A stretch of DNA of 64,000 nt from Candidatus Parcubacteria bacterium (GTDB taxonomy: Bacteria; Patescibacteriota; Minisyncoccia; Minisyncoccales; JAGMDC01). Where the stretch lies: positions 72,957 to 136,956 of the forward strand of contig JAGLYZ010000001.1 of NCBI GenBank assembly GCA_023131895.1, in the 5' to 3' direction. This document shows, piece by piece, positions 8,725-18,337 of this stretch; the first letter of the stretch is position 1, and the number at the start of each line of letters is the position of its first letter. The notes beneath the pieces are model-generated. The model saw only the letters and a list, made by a program, of their open reading frames with translations, searched no databases and was not told the DNA's origin. The translations under genes and the position numbers were made by a program.

Positions 8725-9627
8725 ATGAATTTTCTTAAATACACAAAGATTTATTTTATTTTTTCTGGAATTTTAATTCTTGGTAGTTTGTTTTGTCTTG
8801 GTCTTTTTGGCTTGAAGCCCAGCATTGAATTTACCGGAGGAAGCATTTTAGAAATAGAATATATTGAAGAAAGACCGAGTAACCAGAAAATCCATGACCA
8901 GCTTTCAGAATTTGACTTAGGAAGCATAATAATCCAGCCAACTGGAGAGAAAGGAGTTATTATTAGAACAAAAGATATTACTGAAGAAACTCATCAAACC
9001 ATTATTGAAAAACTTAGAGAGAGCCGAGAATTAGAGCAATTAAGATATGAAAATATTGGGCCGATTATTGGCCAGGAATTAAAAGACAAAACAAAGATTA
9101 TTATTGTCCTGTCTCTTTTGGCTGTTGTCTCATATATTGCTTTTGCATTCAGGAAAGTTCAGAGGCCGATAAAAAGCTGGCAGTATGGATTGGCTTCCTT
9201 AGTTGCTTTAAGCCATGATGTTTTAATACCTTTAGGTGTTTTTGCTATTTTGGGAGAATTTTATGGAGTAGAGATTTCTATTCCTATTATTGTTGCCTTA
9301 CTTACTGTTTTAGGATATTCCATTAATAATACGGTTGTTGTTTTTGACAGAATAAGAGAAAATTTGTTAAGCCCTTATAGAAAAGAGAATTTTGAAGAAA
9401 TAGTTGATATTTCCCTGCATCAAACACTCACCCGTTCAATTAATACTTCATTAACTACTTTATTTGTTCTTTCAGCCATTTTCTTTTTTGGCGGAGAAAC
9501 TTTAAAGTATTTTGCTTTGGCTTTAATGATTGGTATTACAGCTGGGACTTATTCTTCATTATTCTTAGCCAGTCCGGTTCTTGTTTGGTGGCTGAAACAC
9601 CGAGAAAAATTTGACAAAATTAAATAG
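8725..9627 (+). CDS. secF: Protein translocase subunit SecF
   Basis: IEFTGGSILE, the SecD/SecF 6-TM domain, and YSINNTVVVFDRIREN. Confidence 0.92.
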   Translation: MNFLKYTKIYFIFSGILILGSLFCLGLFGLKPSIEFTGGSILEIEYIEERPSNQKIHDQLSEFDLGSIIIQPTGEKGVIIRTKDITEETHQTIIEKLRESRELEQLRYENIGPIIGQELKDKTKIIIVLSLLAVVSYIAFAFRKVQRPIKSWQYGLASLVALSHDVLIPLGVFAILGEFYGVEISIPIIVALLTVLGYSINNTVVVFDRIRENLLSPYRKENFEEIVDISLHQTLTRSINTSLTTLFVLSAIFFFGGETLKYFALALMIGITAGTYSSLFLASPVLVWWLKHREKFDKIK

Positions 9628-9797
9628 TGTGCTATGCTATAAATAGCTTTTTAAAATACTTAAAATATGGAAAGAAAAAAATCTTTGTGGTTAAGAATTG
9701 TTTGCCAATGTAGTTGGTAAGCAGCTCTCGGCCACAAAGATTACAATCCAGTAAGACAGCGAAGACAGAAAAACCGGCCGATAAAAAAATTTAGGAG

Positions 9798-10025
9798 GTG
9801 AAAGAGAAAAAAATGATTGAAAAATTCATGGGCGAGATAAGACAAGGCGAGATAGCTTTAGCTCTCGTGAAAGAAAAAATTGCAAACGAAGGTATTCGTT
9901 TCAATACTTTTAAACGAGGATTGGGAAATATTTCTAAGAAAACGAATATTCCTCAAGACGAGCTAAAACAATTTATAAGAATTCTTCTTGAAGAGCAGAT
10001 AGAGAAGAATTTCGGCAGTCGATAA
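9798..10025 (+). CDS. Small hypothetical protein (start ambiguous: GTG 9798, ATG 9813 or ATG 9828)
   Basis: AGGAGG at 9791-9796. Flanked by long structured untranslated regions. No recognisable family. Confidence 0.4.
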   Translation: MKEKKMIEKFMGEIRQGEIALALVKEKIANEGIRFNTFKRGLGNISKKTNIPQDELKQFIRILLEEQIEKNFGSR

Positions 10026-10242
10026 GAGAAAAAGATAAAAGAGCAAGGTTGAGATGTATATCTCTTAAAAGGGTAATTGTGCTTCCTCTGTAAAGAATTT
10101 ATGCAGAGCAAAGGCAGAACAAGAACCTTACCTCCTTTTTTATTAAAACTAGTTAAACACAAAATGTAAAAAGTAAGGGGGATTTTCATTTTTTCTCCCT
10201 TTTTATTTTTTTCATTTTTGATTATAATTTAAAAAGGACAAA

Positions 10243-10794
10243 ATGATTTCTTTAATTCTTTTTCTAAATTTATTACTTCTGGCGTTTTTGATTATTTTTG
10301 TTAGTTATCTTTTAATTCAATTGTATTTTGCTTCAAGTATGATATTTGGCGCTCCTTTTATGCCTTCTCCAACAGAGAAAGTCAAAAGGATGTTGGAATT
10401 AGCCAGTCCAAGATCCGGAGAGATTCTTTACGATCTTGGCTCTGGAAATGGAAAAATTTTATTTGAAGCGGTAAAACAATACAAAGTGAGAGCTATTGGT
10501 GTTGAGATCAATCCTGTATTAGTTTGGCTTTCTCGTAGAAAGATTAAGAAACTTGGACTGGAGGATAAAATAAAAATTTATCAAGGGAATTTTTTTAAAA
10601 AAAATCTCTCCGATGCTGATATTATTTTGACCTATCTTTGGCAGCCCACTATGGGTCCTTTAGAAAAAAAGCTTCTTTCAGAGCTGAAACCAGGAACTCG
10701 GCTTGTTTCTTTAGCTTTTACTTTTGATAATATTCCTTTTGTAAAATCTGATTCAGAATATTCTTTTATAAGATTGTATCAGATTCCAAGATAA
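10243..10794 (+). CDS. Class I SAM-dependent methyltransferase with N-terminal TM anchor
   Basis: Motif I LYDLGSGNGKILFEA and AIGVEINP. Hydrophobic N-terminus. Confidence 0.7.
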   Translation: MISLILFLNLLLLAFLIIFVSYLLIQLYFASSMIFGAPFMPSPTEKVKRMLELASPRSGEILYDLGSGNGKILFEAVKQYKVRAIGVEINPVLVWLSRRKIKKLGLEDKIKIYQGNFFKKNLSDADIILTYLWQPTMGPLEKKLLSELKPGTRLVSLAFTFDNIPFVKSDSEYSFIRLYQIPR

Positions 10795-10909
10795 AAATTC
10801 CTTGTTAGAAATCCCATTATCTCTTTCTTTAATGAAAGAGATTTTTTACAATATTTATCCACAGAAAAAGATTTGACACTTTTTCTGGAATATGATATAA
10901 AAATGTAAT

Positions 10910-11884
10910 ATGTTTGTTAACTATCAAAAAATTTGTAATGATATTCTTGAATGCTTGCCGCAGGATAGAACAAGAGATATTATAAGCCGACGTTTCGGTT
11001 TTGGAGCAGATAAGAAAGAAACATTGGAATCAATAGGCAAGAGCTATGGGATTACCAGGGAAAGAGTGCGTCAGATAGAGGAAGACGGTTTCAAAAAAGC
11101 CAAGGCGAAAGCAGTTCAGACAGCCCAAAAACCTTTTCAGATTTTTGGCCAAGAATTAGAGAATTCTGGCGGATTAAGAAGAGAAGATTTGCTTTTAGAG
11201 AAACTTGGAGGAAAAAACTTTAAGCCCCAAGTTTTATTTTTATTAACTTTGGGAAAACAGTTTGAAAGATTTTCTGAGACAAATGACCTTCATGCTTTTT
11301 GGAGTATAGATAAAAATTCTTTAAATTCAGCTCAAAAAGCTATAAATGGTTTTGCTAATGAACTCAAAAAGAGAAAGCAGCCATTGTCTTTAAAAGATAT
11401 TAGTTTAGTTAATTATATTGAGCTGTCAAAGCAAGTCCTAAAAGGACCGGACGGTTTATACGGTTTTTCTGATTGGCCGGAAATTAATCCTAAAGGCATA
11501 AAAGATAAAGCATTTTTAGTGATAAAAAGAGAAAACAAGCCATTGCATTTTACTAAAGTAGCAGAGTTTATTGAAACGCAGGAGCAGGAAAAGAAATCAT
11601 GCCTGGTTAAGACAGTTCATAATGAATTGATTAAAGACCAAAGATTTGTTTTAGTGGGCAGGGGACTTTATGCTTTAAAGGATTGGGGATACAATCCAGG
11701 AGTAGTCAAGGATGTAATCAAAAATGTTTTAAAAGAAGCTCAAAAACCACTGCCTTCAAAGGCAATTATTGAGCAGGTTTTATCTCAACGTTTTGTCCAA
11801 AAAAACACTGTTCTTTTGAATCTCCAGAATAAGGAATATTTTCTAAGGGATTCTCAAGGAAAATATACCATCAAAGAAGCATAA
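10910..11884 (+). CDS. DNA-binding protein with sigma-70 region-4-like HTH (N-terminal) and HARE-HTH-like domain (C-terminal)
   Basis: TLESIGKSYGITRERVRQIEEDG is a region-4 type HTH. LHFTKVAEFI...DQRFVLVGRGLYALKDW resembles the HARE-HTH (RNAP delta N-domain) pattern. Confidence 0.55.
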   Translation: MFVNYQKICNDILECLPQDRTRDIISRRFGFGADKKETLESIGKSYGITRERVRQIEEDGFKKAKAKAVQTAQKPFQIFGQELENSGGLRREDLLLEKLGGKNFKPQVLFLLTLGKQFERFSETNDLHAFWSIDKNSLNSAQKAINGFANELKKRKQPLSLKDISLVNYIELSKQVLKGPDGLYGFSDWPEINPKGIKDKAFLVIKRENKPLHFTKVAEFIETQEQEKKSCLVKTVHNELIKDQRFVLVGRGLYALKDWGYNPGVVKDVIKNVLKEAQKPLPSKAIIEQVLSQRFVQKNTVLLNLQNKEYFLRDSQGKYTIKEA

Positions 11885-11887
11885 TAA

Positions 11888-13180
11888 ATGGAAGATCAAA
11901 TTTTTGTAATTTTTAATACCATTTGGAATTTTTTAAGGACTTGGTGGTGGATTATTCTGCCGTTTATTTTAATCAAGCCCTTTTTATTTATTTATCTTTG
12001 GTGGAGAAATCAGGTTTGGTTTGGCAAGATGAGATCTATCGTATTGGAAATAAAACCGCCAAAAGAAGTTCTAAGACCTATTAAGGCAATGGAGACAGTT
12101 TTTAATGGCTTATGGCATTTTTACGACCCGCCTAATTACAGGGAAAAATGGTTTGAAGGAAAAATGCAATTAGGTTTTTCTTTGGAAATTGCCTGTTTTG
12201 GAGGTGAGCCCCATTTTTTTATTAGAATTCCAGAAAATGCTCGTAATTTAGTTGAATCAACGCTTTATTCCCAATATCCTGATTTAGAAATTAAAGAAGT
12301 TGATGATTATACTAAAAAAGTTCCCCAGGATGTTCCAAATAAGGACTGGGAAATATGGGGCACTGATTATGAACAGCTAAAAGATGATATTTATCCCATT
12401 AAGACCTATTCTAAATTTTTTGAAGAAAAACCAGAAATATCAAAGGAAGAAAAAAGAATTGATCCTATGTCTAATCTTTTGGAAGGTATGGCAAAATTTA
12501 AGCCAGGGGAGCAGTTATGGGTTCAAATTATGGCTAAGCCGGTTTCTCATCTTGAAGAAAGTAAAGATTTTATAGAGAAGGCAAAAAAAGAAGTAGATAA
12601 ATTAGTGAACAGGCCAAAACCGTCAGTTTCAAAACCAATAGTTGAAGAAGCAATAGATGTCCTAGTTACTGGCGAGCCGCCAAAAGAAGAAGAAGAAAAA
12701 AAAGAAGGAGGCATTATGCCCGCAATGGAGCTGACGCCCGGGGAGATGAAAGTAGTATCTGCTATTGAAGATAAAATAAGCAAATATGCTTTTGAATGCA
12801 GTATAAGGTTTCTTCAATTAGGAAAAAGGGATGTGTTTTTTTCCCCTAACAAAGCTATTCCAATGGGCTTTTTTGACCTTTTTGGTACAGTTGATCTTAA
12901 TGGATTAAAGCCAATGAGAAGAACCATTACTAAAGTTCATACTGTTTGGCTTTGGTTTTTAGACAATAGAAGGGTTTATGTTCGGAAAAGAAGAATGTTT
13001 AGAAATTTTATTGAAAGATTAGGTCCTTTTTGTCCATGGCCAGGCGGCACTTTTATTCTAAATATTGAAGAATTAGCTTCTTTGTATCATTTTCCAGGTA
13101 GAGGAGTTACAGCTGCGCCTTCTATTTCAAGAGTAGAGGCAAAGAGAGGCGAAGCTCCGATTGAATTACCTACAGAGTAA
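11888..13180 (+). CDS. Membrane-anchored protein of unknown function, translationally coupled to the following VirD4/TraD-like ATPase
   Basis: Two Trp-rich N-terminal TM segments and a large soluble domain. There is a 5-nt gap to the next gene. Confidence 0.6.
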   Translation: MEDQIFVIFNTIWNFLRTWWWIILPFILIKPFLFIYLWWRNQVWFGKMRSIVLEIKPPKEVLRPIKAMETVFNGLWHFYDPPNYREKWFEGKMQLGFSLEIACFGGEPHFFIRIPENARNLVESTLYSQYPDLEIKEVDDYTKKVPQDVPNKDWEIWGTDYEQLKDDIYPIKTYSKFFEEKPEISKEEKRIDPMSNLLEGMAKFKPGEQLWVQIMAKPVSHLEESKDFIEKAKKEVDKLVNRPKPSVSKPIVEEAIDVLVTGEPPKEEEEKKEGGIMPAMELTPGEMKVVSAIEDKISKYAFECSIRFLQLGKRDVFFSPNKAIPMGFFDLFGTVDLNGLKPMRRTITKVHTVWLWFLDNRRVYVRKRRMFRNFIERLGPFCPWPGGTFILNIEELASLYHFPGRGVTAAPSISRVEAKRGEAPIELPTE

Positions 13181-13185
13181 AATTT

Positions 13186-14790
13186 ATGGATATAAATTTT
13201 TTCGGGGAAACAAATTTTCGTAATATTAGGAAAAAATTCGGAATAAAAGCCGATGACAGGCGCCGGCATGTTTATGCTGTGGGAAAAACCGGCATGGGTA
13301 AAACAGTTATGCTGGAGAATATGGCTATTCAAGATATTCAGCAAGGCCATGGGATAGGTTTTGTTGACCCTCATGGCGAAGCATCGGAAAACCTTCTTGA
13401 TTTTGTTCCAAAAAATAGAATTAAAGATGTTATTTATTTTAATCCTGCTGATTTAGATTATCCTATTGCTTTTAATGTTATGGAAGAAGTAGATCCGGAA
13501 AAAAGGCATTTAGTAGCCGGCGGTTTGATGGGCGTTTTTAAAAAAATCTGGCCTGATGTCTGGTCAGCCAGAATGGAATATATTTTAAACAATTGTATTT
13601 TAGCTCTTTTAGAATATCCAGGTTCTACTCTTTTAGGTGTTAATCGAATGCTGGCTGATATTGATTATCGCAAGAAAGTCGTAGAAAAAGTGACTGATCC
13701 AGTAGTAAAAGCGTTTTGGACTCAAGAATTTGCCAGATATAATCAAAGATATGAGACAGAGGCAACCGCTGCTATTCAAAATAAAATTGGCCAGTTTATA
13801 TCCGCGCCTTTAATTAGAAATATTATTGGCCAGACAAAATCAACTATTAATGTGAGGCAGGCAATGGATGAAGGAAAGATTTTAATATTGAATTTATCCA
13901 AAGGGAAAATAGGTGAAGATGCTTCCCGTTTATTAGGGGCTCTTTTAATTACTAGAATACAATTAGCTGCTATGTCCAGAGTTGATGTGCCGGAAGAAAA
14001 AAGAAGAGACTTTTTCCTTTATGTAGATGAATTTCAAAACTTTGCCACTGAATCATTTGTTAATATATTATCTGAAGCGCGTAAATACCGCTTGTCTTTA
14101 ATTTTAGCCCATCAGTACATTACTCAAATGGAAGAAACAGTAAGAGACGCGGTTTTTGGAAACGTGGGCACAATTGTTTCTTTTCGAGTGGGAGCAGAAG
14201 ATGCAGAATTTTTAGAAAAAGAGTTTCTACCAGAGTTTAATGGTTCTGATTTAGTTAATTTGGCAAAATATAATATTTATTTGAAACTAATGATTGATGG
14301 CTTGGCAGGCAGGCCGTTTTCAGCTGAAACCTTATCTCCCGAATCAAAGTTAGAAGAATCAAATAAAGAAGCAATTATTCAGGAATCCAGAAAACAATAT
14401 GGTACAGAAAAAAAATCTGTTGAGGAAAGCATTATTCAGTGGGCAGAGCCCATAGAGGGAGTTGAACCAGTATTGGCAGAACCGCAGGTTCTTTACGATG
14501 CCCAATGCCAGAACTGCAAGAGAATGATAAAAGTTCCTTTTAAACCAGATGGAGTAAGGCCTGTTTATTGCAAAACCTGCCTTGAAAAAATAAAGAGAGG
14601 AGAAAAAGAAGAAGAACCGAAAGACAAAGATATGTCTTTAAGCGAAGCGATAAAACAGGAGCCTGTTTTTTTCCGACCCGGCAAAAGGGAAAAAAATGAA
14701 AGGGAGAAGCGTCCCAAAAAGGAAATAGATATACAAGGATTAAAAGAAGTTTTAAAAGAGTCCCTAAAGAAAGAAGAAGATAAAAAATGA
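13186..14790 (+). CDS. VirD4/TraD/TrwB-like (type IV coupling protein family) P-loop ATPase with C-terminal zinc ribbon
   Basis: Walker A GKTGMGKT, Walker B-like FFLYVDEFQNFAT, RKYRLSLILAHQYITQM, and C-terminal CQNCKRMIKVPFKPDGVRPVYCKTC. Confidence 0.7.
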   Translation: MDINFFGETNFRNIRKKFGIKADDRRRHVYAVGKTGMGKTVMLENMAIQDIQQGHGIGFVDPHGEASENLLDFVPKNRIKDVIYFNPADLDYPIAFNVMEEVDPEKRHLVAGGLMGVFKKIWPDVWSARMEYILNNCILALLEYPGSTLLGVNRMLADIDYRKKVVEKVTDPVVKAFWTQEFARYNQRYETEATAAIQNKIGQFISAPLIRNIIGQTKSTINVRQAMDEGKILILNLSKGKIGEDASRLLGALLITRIQLAAMSRVDVPEEKRRDFFLYVDEFQNFATESFVNILSEARKYRLSLILAHQYITQMEETVRDAVFGNVGTIVSFRVGAEDAEFLEKEFLPEFNGSDLVNLAKYNIYLKLMIDGLAGRPFSAETLSPESKLEESNKEAIIQESRKQYGTEKKSVEESIIQWAEPIEGVEPVLAEPQVLYDAQCQNCKRMIKVPFKPDGVRPVYCKTCLEKIKRGEKEEEPKDKDMSLSEAIKQEPVFFRPGKREKNEREKRPKKEIDIQGLKEVLKESLKKEEDKK

Positions 14791-15812
14791 AAACTTTAAA
14801 AAATTTTAATTTTCAGAATAAGAAAGTTTTATTAAGAACTAATTTTGATGTTCCTTTGTCAGATAGAGGGTCTATCAGGGATGATTTTCGCATTAAGGCA
14901 AGTATTTCCACTATTGAGTATTTAATAAAGAATAGAGCAAAAATTATTGTAATAAGCCATCTTGGCAGGCCGAAAAAAAGAGAAGAAAAATTTAGCTTAA
15001 AACCAGTCGCTAATAGATTAGGAGAATTATTAAATAAAAGAGTAAAATTTGTTGACGGTCTTAGTGTCAAAAAAATAAAATCAGGAGATATTGTTGTTTT
15101 GGAGAATTTGAGGTTTTACAAACAAGAAAAAGAGAATAATTCTCAATTCGCCAAGCAATTAGCAAGATTGAGCGATATTTATATTAATGATGCTTTTGCT
15201 GTTTGCCATCGTGAGCATGCTTCTATTGTCGGCATTCCAAAGTATCTTCCATCAGGTATTGGCTTGCTGATAGAAAAAGAGATAAAAATATTAGACCAAA
15301 TTTTGAAAAATTCTAAAAGGCCTTTTATAACCATAATTGGAGGGAAAAAAGTAGAGACCAAAGTAAAATTTATTGATAAGATATCTGAAATTTCTGATTT
15401 TGTTTTAATCGGCGGCTTAATACCTAAGGAAATAGAAAAGCAGAAAATAAAATTTAAAGAGCCGGAGAAAATTATCTTGCCTGTGGACTGGATAGACAGC
15501 GGTGATATCGGAGAAAAAACAATAAAGATATTTAATGAAAAGATTAAAACAGCAAAAACCATTTTTTGGAATGGTCCATTAGGAAAAACTGAAGAAGAGA
15601 AATTCTCTAAAGCAACAAAAGAGGTTGCCAAAGCTGTTGTTAAAAGCAAAGCTTTTTCAGTAATAGGAGGAGGGGAGACAATTGAGTTTTTAACCAGGAT
15701 TGGCTTAATTAAAAAATTCAGCTTTGTATCCACTGGCGGCGGTGCAATGCTTGATTACATAGTTGACAGTAAATTAGTTGGCCTTGAAGCACTGAAGTTC
15801 TCCAAAAGTTAA
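14787..15812 (+). CDS. pgk: Phosphoglycerate kinase (short form, 341 aa)
   Basis: VLLRTNFDVPL, ISHLGRPK, FWNGPLGKTEEEKF and STGGGAMLDY motifs. ATGA overlap with the upstream gene. Confidence 0.9.
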   Translation: MKTLKNFNFQNKKVLLRTNFDVPLSDRGSIRDDFRIKASISTIEYLIKNRAKIIVISHLGRPKKREEKFSLKPVANRLGELLNKRVKFVDGLSVKKIKSGDIVVLENLRFYKQEKENNSQFAKQLARLSDIYINDAFAVCHREHASIVGIPKYLPSGIGLLIEKEIKILDQILKNSKRPFITIIGGKKVETKVKFIDKISEISDFVLIGGLIPKEIEKQKIKFKEPEKIILPVDWIDSGDIGEKTIKIFNEKIKTAKTIFWNGPLGKTEEEKFSKATKEVAKAVVKSKAFSVIGGGETIEFLTRIGLIKKFSFVSTGGGAMLDYIVDSKLVGLEALKFSKS

Positions 15813-15824
15813 ATTAAAAATAAA

Positions 15825-16176
15825 GAAAGGGCGATGAAAATATATAACATTGCCCTATGATAAAAATAAAAACTATTAAGTTGTGAAGATGCAATTAGCA
15901 AAATGGAATGGTTTTTGGCAGAAGGGAGAGGAATTTTCTGTTTTCGTCTTGATTGATACAGTCATCATTGACCAGTCCTAAAAAATATCAAGATGTTTGT
16001 CAGAATTTTCCAATCTTTCTTCTACCACCCACACTCAGTTCTCTGTTCCGGTGGCACAGTACTTATTTTCTAAAGTTTTCTTTCTTTTCCATTCTTGCCT
16101 TTTGGTGGATAGGTAAGCCCTTAAAACATCGGACATACCCTTGTTTGTGTGCGTAAGACTCCACCAGGTCTTACAC
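15825..16176 (-). ncRNA. Candidate ~350-nt non-coding RNA of unknown class
   Basis: Minus-strand TTGACA (16210-16205), 16-nt spacer, TATAAT (16188-16183). 5' hairpin GTGTAAGAC...GTCTTACGC. No gene downstream on that strand. Weak hairpin plus T-rich tract near 15825-15860. Confidence 0.4.
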
Positions 16177-16254
16177 GTTTTCATTATACACAACTATAAA
16201 ATCTTGTCAACCCCCACTTATAGTTTTGGCAGATTTTATGGCTGAAATTCATAA

Positions 16255-17418
16255 ATGCCTGAAATCAAAAATCTTAAAAAAGCATCTAACAGAATTCTGA
16301 AAGCGATTGAAAATAAAGAAAAAATCATTTTATACGGTGATGCTGATTTAGACGGCACTGGTTCAGTTGTTATTTTAAAAGAAGCTATTGAAGAATTAAG
16401 CGGCAAAGTTTCTGCTGTTTATTTTGTTGACCGAGAAAAAGAGGGTTATGGGATAAACGAGATTGGTTTGGATTTTTTAAAACCATTAGCCCCAGCATTG
16501 CTTATTGGTTTGGATTTAGGCATTACTAATTTTAAAGAAGTAGAAATAGCCAAAAAGATAGGTTTTGAAGTAATAATCATTGATCATCATAAGGTGATTG
16601 GTTCTTTGCCAAAAGCTTCAATTATTGTTGACCCAAAACAAAAAGAAGATAATTATCCCTTTAAAGAATTTGCTGCCACTGGTCTTGTTTATGAATTGGC
16701 CAAAGTGATGCTTAAAGATAAAATGAGTGATTCATTAGATAATCAGTTTTTAGAATTAGTCGCTTTAGCCACTATTGCTGATATGATGATTAGAGAAAAA
16801 GAGAATAAAGAATATATTGAGAAAGGACTTTGGTCGTTAAAATACACAAAAAGATTAGGATTAAAAGTTTTTTTTGAAATTAACTCTTTAAATCCGCCAG
16901 TTGGCGGATTAAAAGAAAGAGAAAAAATTCAAAAAATTGTTTCTGCCTTAAATGTCAGTGAAATTAAAGAACATTTAACAGAAGCATTTTTGCTTTTGAC
17001 TTGCGAGAATAAAAGAAAAGCAAAAAACTTGGCTGAAAAATTCTTGGATAGAAATGAAACAAGACATTTTCAAATAAGAGAAATCACCAGCCAAATAGAA
17101 GAAAAAATATCAGAAAATCCATGTTCAGTGATTTTTGAAGGCGATACTGGCTGGACTAATATTTTAAACGGGTCTGTGGCTTCAAGGATTTGCAACAAAT
17201 ATAAAAAACCAACTTTTATTTACAAGAAAGGAAAAGAAAAAACTACTGGCGCAGTAAGAATGCCTTCAGGAATGGATGCTGTCCAAGCAATGCAAAGCTG
17301 TGAAAAGCTTTTGATTACTTTTGGCGGCCATGCGCCAGCAGCCGGTTTCAGTATTAAAAACGAAAACTTGGAAAAGTTCAAAGAGTGTTTAATAAAATAT
17401 TTTGAGAAATATGAATAA
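16255..17418 (+). CDS. DHH/DHHA1 phosphoesterase, RecJ-like
   Basis: GDADLDGTGS, IIIDHH, and the DHHA1 motif GGHAPAAG. Confidence 0.8.
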   Translation: MPEIKNLKKASNRILKAIENKEKIILYGDADLDGTGSVVILKEAIEELSGKVSAVYFVDREKEGYGINEIGLDFLKPLAPALLIGLDLGITNFKEVEIAKKIGFEVIIIDHHKVIGSLPKASIIVDPKQKEDNYPFKEFAATGLVYELAKVMLKDKMSDSLDNQFLELVALATIADMMIREKENKEYIEKGLWSLKYTKRLGLKVFFEINSLNPPVGGLKEREKIQKIVSALNVSEIKEHLTEAFLLLTCENKRKAKNLAEKFLDRNETRHFQIREITSQIEEKISENPCSVIFEGDTGWTNILNGSVASRICNKYKKPTFIYKKGKEKTTGAVRMPSGMDAVQAMQSCEKLLITFGGHAPAAGFSIKNENLEKFKECLIKYFEKYE

Positions 17419-17854
17419 GATAATTATTTACACAGATGGCGGGTCGCGCGGAAATCCAGGCCCGTCAGCCATAGGAGTAGTAATTTCTGATGAAAAGGGA
17501 AATACATTAAAAGAATATTTCCAGTATTTAGGAGATGGTATTACTAATAACGAGGCAGAATATCAGGCAGTAATTTTTGCTTTGAAAAAGATAAAACTAT
17601 TATTTGGCAAGGAAAAAGCATATAATTCAGAAATTGAGATTAATTCTGATTCTGAATTGTTGGTAAATCAATTAAACGGCAAATATAAGATTTTAGAACC
17701 AAACCTGCAGCCATTGTTTTTAAAAGTTTGGAATTTGAAAATTGATTTTAAAAAACTAACATTTAAATCAATTCCAAGAGAGCAAAATAAAGAAGCAGAT
17801 AGATTAGTCAACCAGGCCTTAGACGCTCAAAACAGCAATAAAAAGCTATTTTAA
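17411..17854 (+). CDS. rnhA: Ribonuclease HI-type RNase H
   Basis: IYTDGGSRGNPGPSAIG, TNNEAEYQAVIFAL and EQNKEADRLVNQAL. ATG at 17411 preferred over TTG at 17402. Confidence 0.8.
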   Translation: MNKIIIYTDGGSRGNPGPSAIGVVISDEKGNTLKEYFQYLGDGITNNEAEYQAVIFALKKIKLLFGKEKAYNSEIEINSDSELLVNQLNGKYKILEPNLQPLFLKVWNLKIDFKKLTFKSIPREQNKEADRLVNQALDAQNSNKKLF

Positions 17855-17860
17855 AAATAG

Positions 17861-17889
17861 TTGACAGATTGTTTTTAGTTTGTTATTAT
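17861..17889 (+). promoter_or_regulatory. Sigma-70-type promoter of rnpB
   Basis: TTGACA, 17 nt, TATTAT, ending about 8 nt before the P1 stem. Confidence 0.7.
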
Positions 17890-17896
17890 AAAAATA

Positions 17897-18300
17897 GTTC
17901 AAGCAGGCAAGGCAATCGCTGAGCATTCAGTTCGCTGAGTGCTTAGAGGAAAGTCCGAACACCCATTCTAAGCAATTTATGTGCTTAGTTTAAAAAGATA
18001 GCGGCTAACAGCCGTCGACCGCAAGGTTAGAGGTGCGAACAGTGACGCCGAAGCTCGAAAGAGCTGAGGCGCCGAGCACTCAGTTTGCTGAGTGCTTGGC
18101 GAATCGAGCACGTAAATTTTATGTGCTCGGGTGAAACGGCTAAATCCTTATCGGGTGCAAGAACAAGCATTTCGGCAATCTCCGGATTTGCCGAAATGAA
18201 AAAGTGGTTCGCTTTAGTCAAGAAGTAATTCTTGGCATAGATAAATGATTGCCTCCCCGCTAAAAGCGGGGAACAGAATTCGGCTTATTGCCTGCTTGGG
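17897..18300 (+). ncRNA. rnpB: RNase P RNA (bacterial)
   Basis: P4 strands GAGGAAAGTCCGAAC and ACAGAATTCGGCTTA. P1 pairing CAAGCAGGCAA/TTGCCTGCTTG. Local GC is higher than the surroundings. Confidence 0.93.
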
Positions 18301-18337
18301 CTTTTTTATTTACAAAAAACAAGTTAAAATAAGATTG

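Noticed and set aside
15953-16156. 67-aa plus-strand ORF in the pgk/recJ-like spacer
   Set aside because: It has no SD, a low-complexity Ser/Phe/Leu composition, and overlaps the better-supported minus-strand transcript candidate.
15825-16176. Calling the orphan transcript tmRNA or SRP RNA
   Set aside because: There is no tRNA-like 3' end (GGTTCGAATCC-type T-arm), no GGGG 5' acceptor and no tag-peptide reading frame. No GGAA/AGCA helix-8 motif could be found on either strand.
18027-18337. ORF 18027-18221 (minus strand) and the first 31 codons of ORF 18245-19021
   Set aside because: Both lie inside the RNase P RNA gene. The downstream CDS has a proper ATG at 18338.
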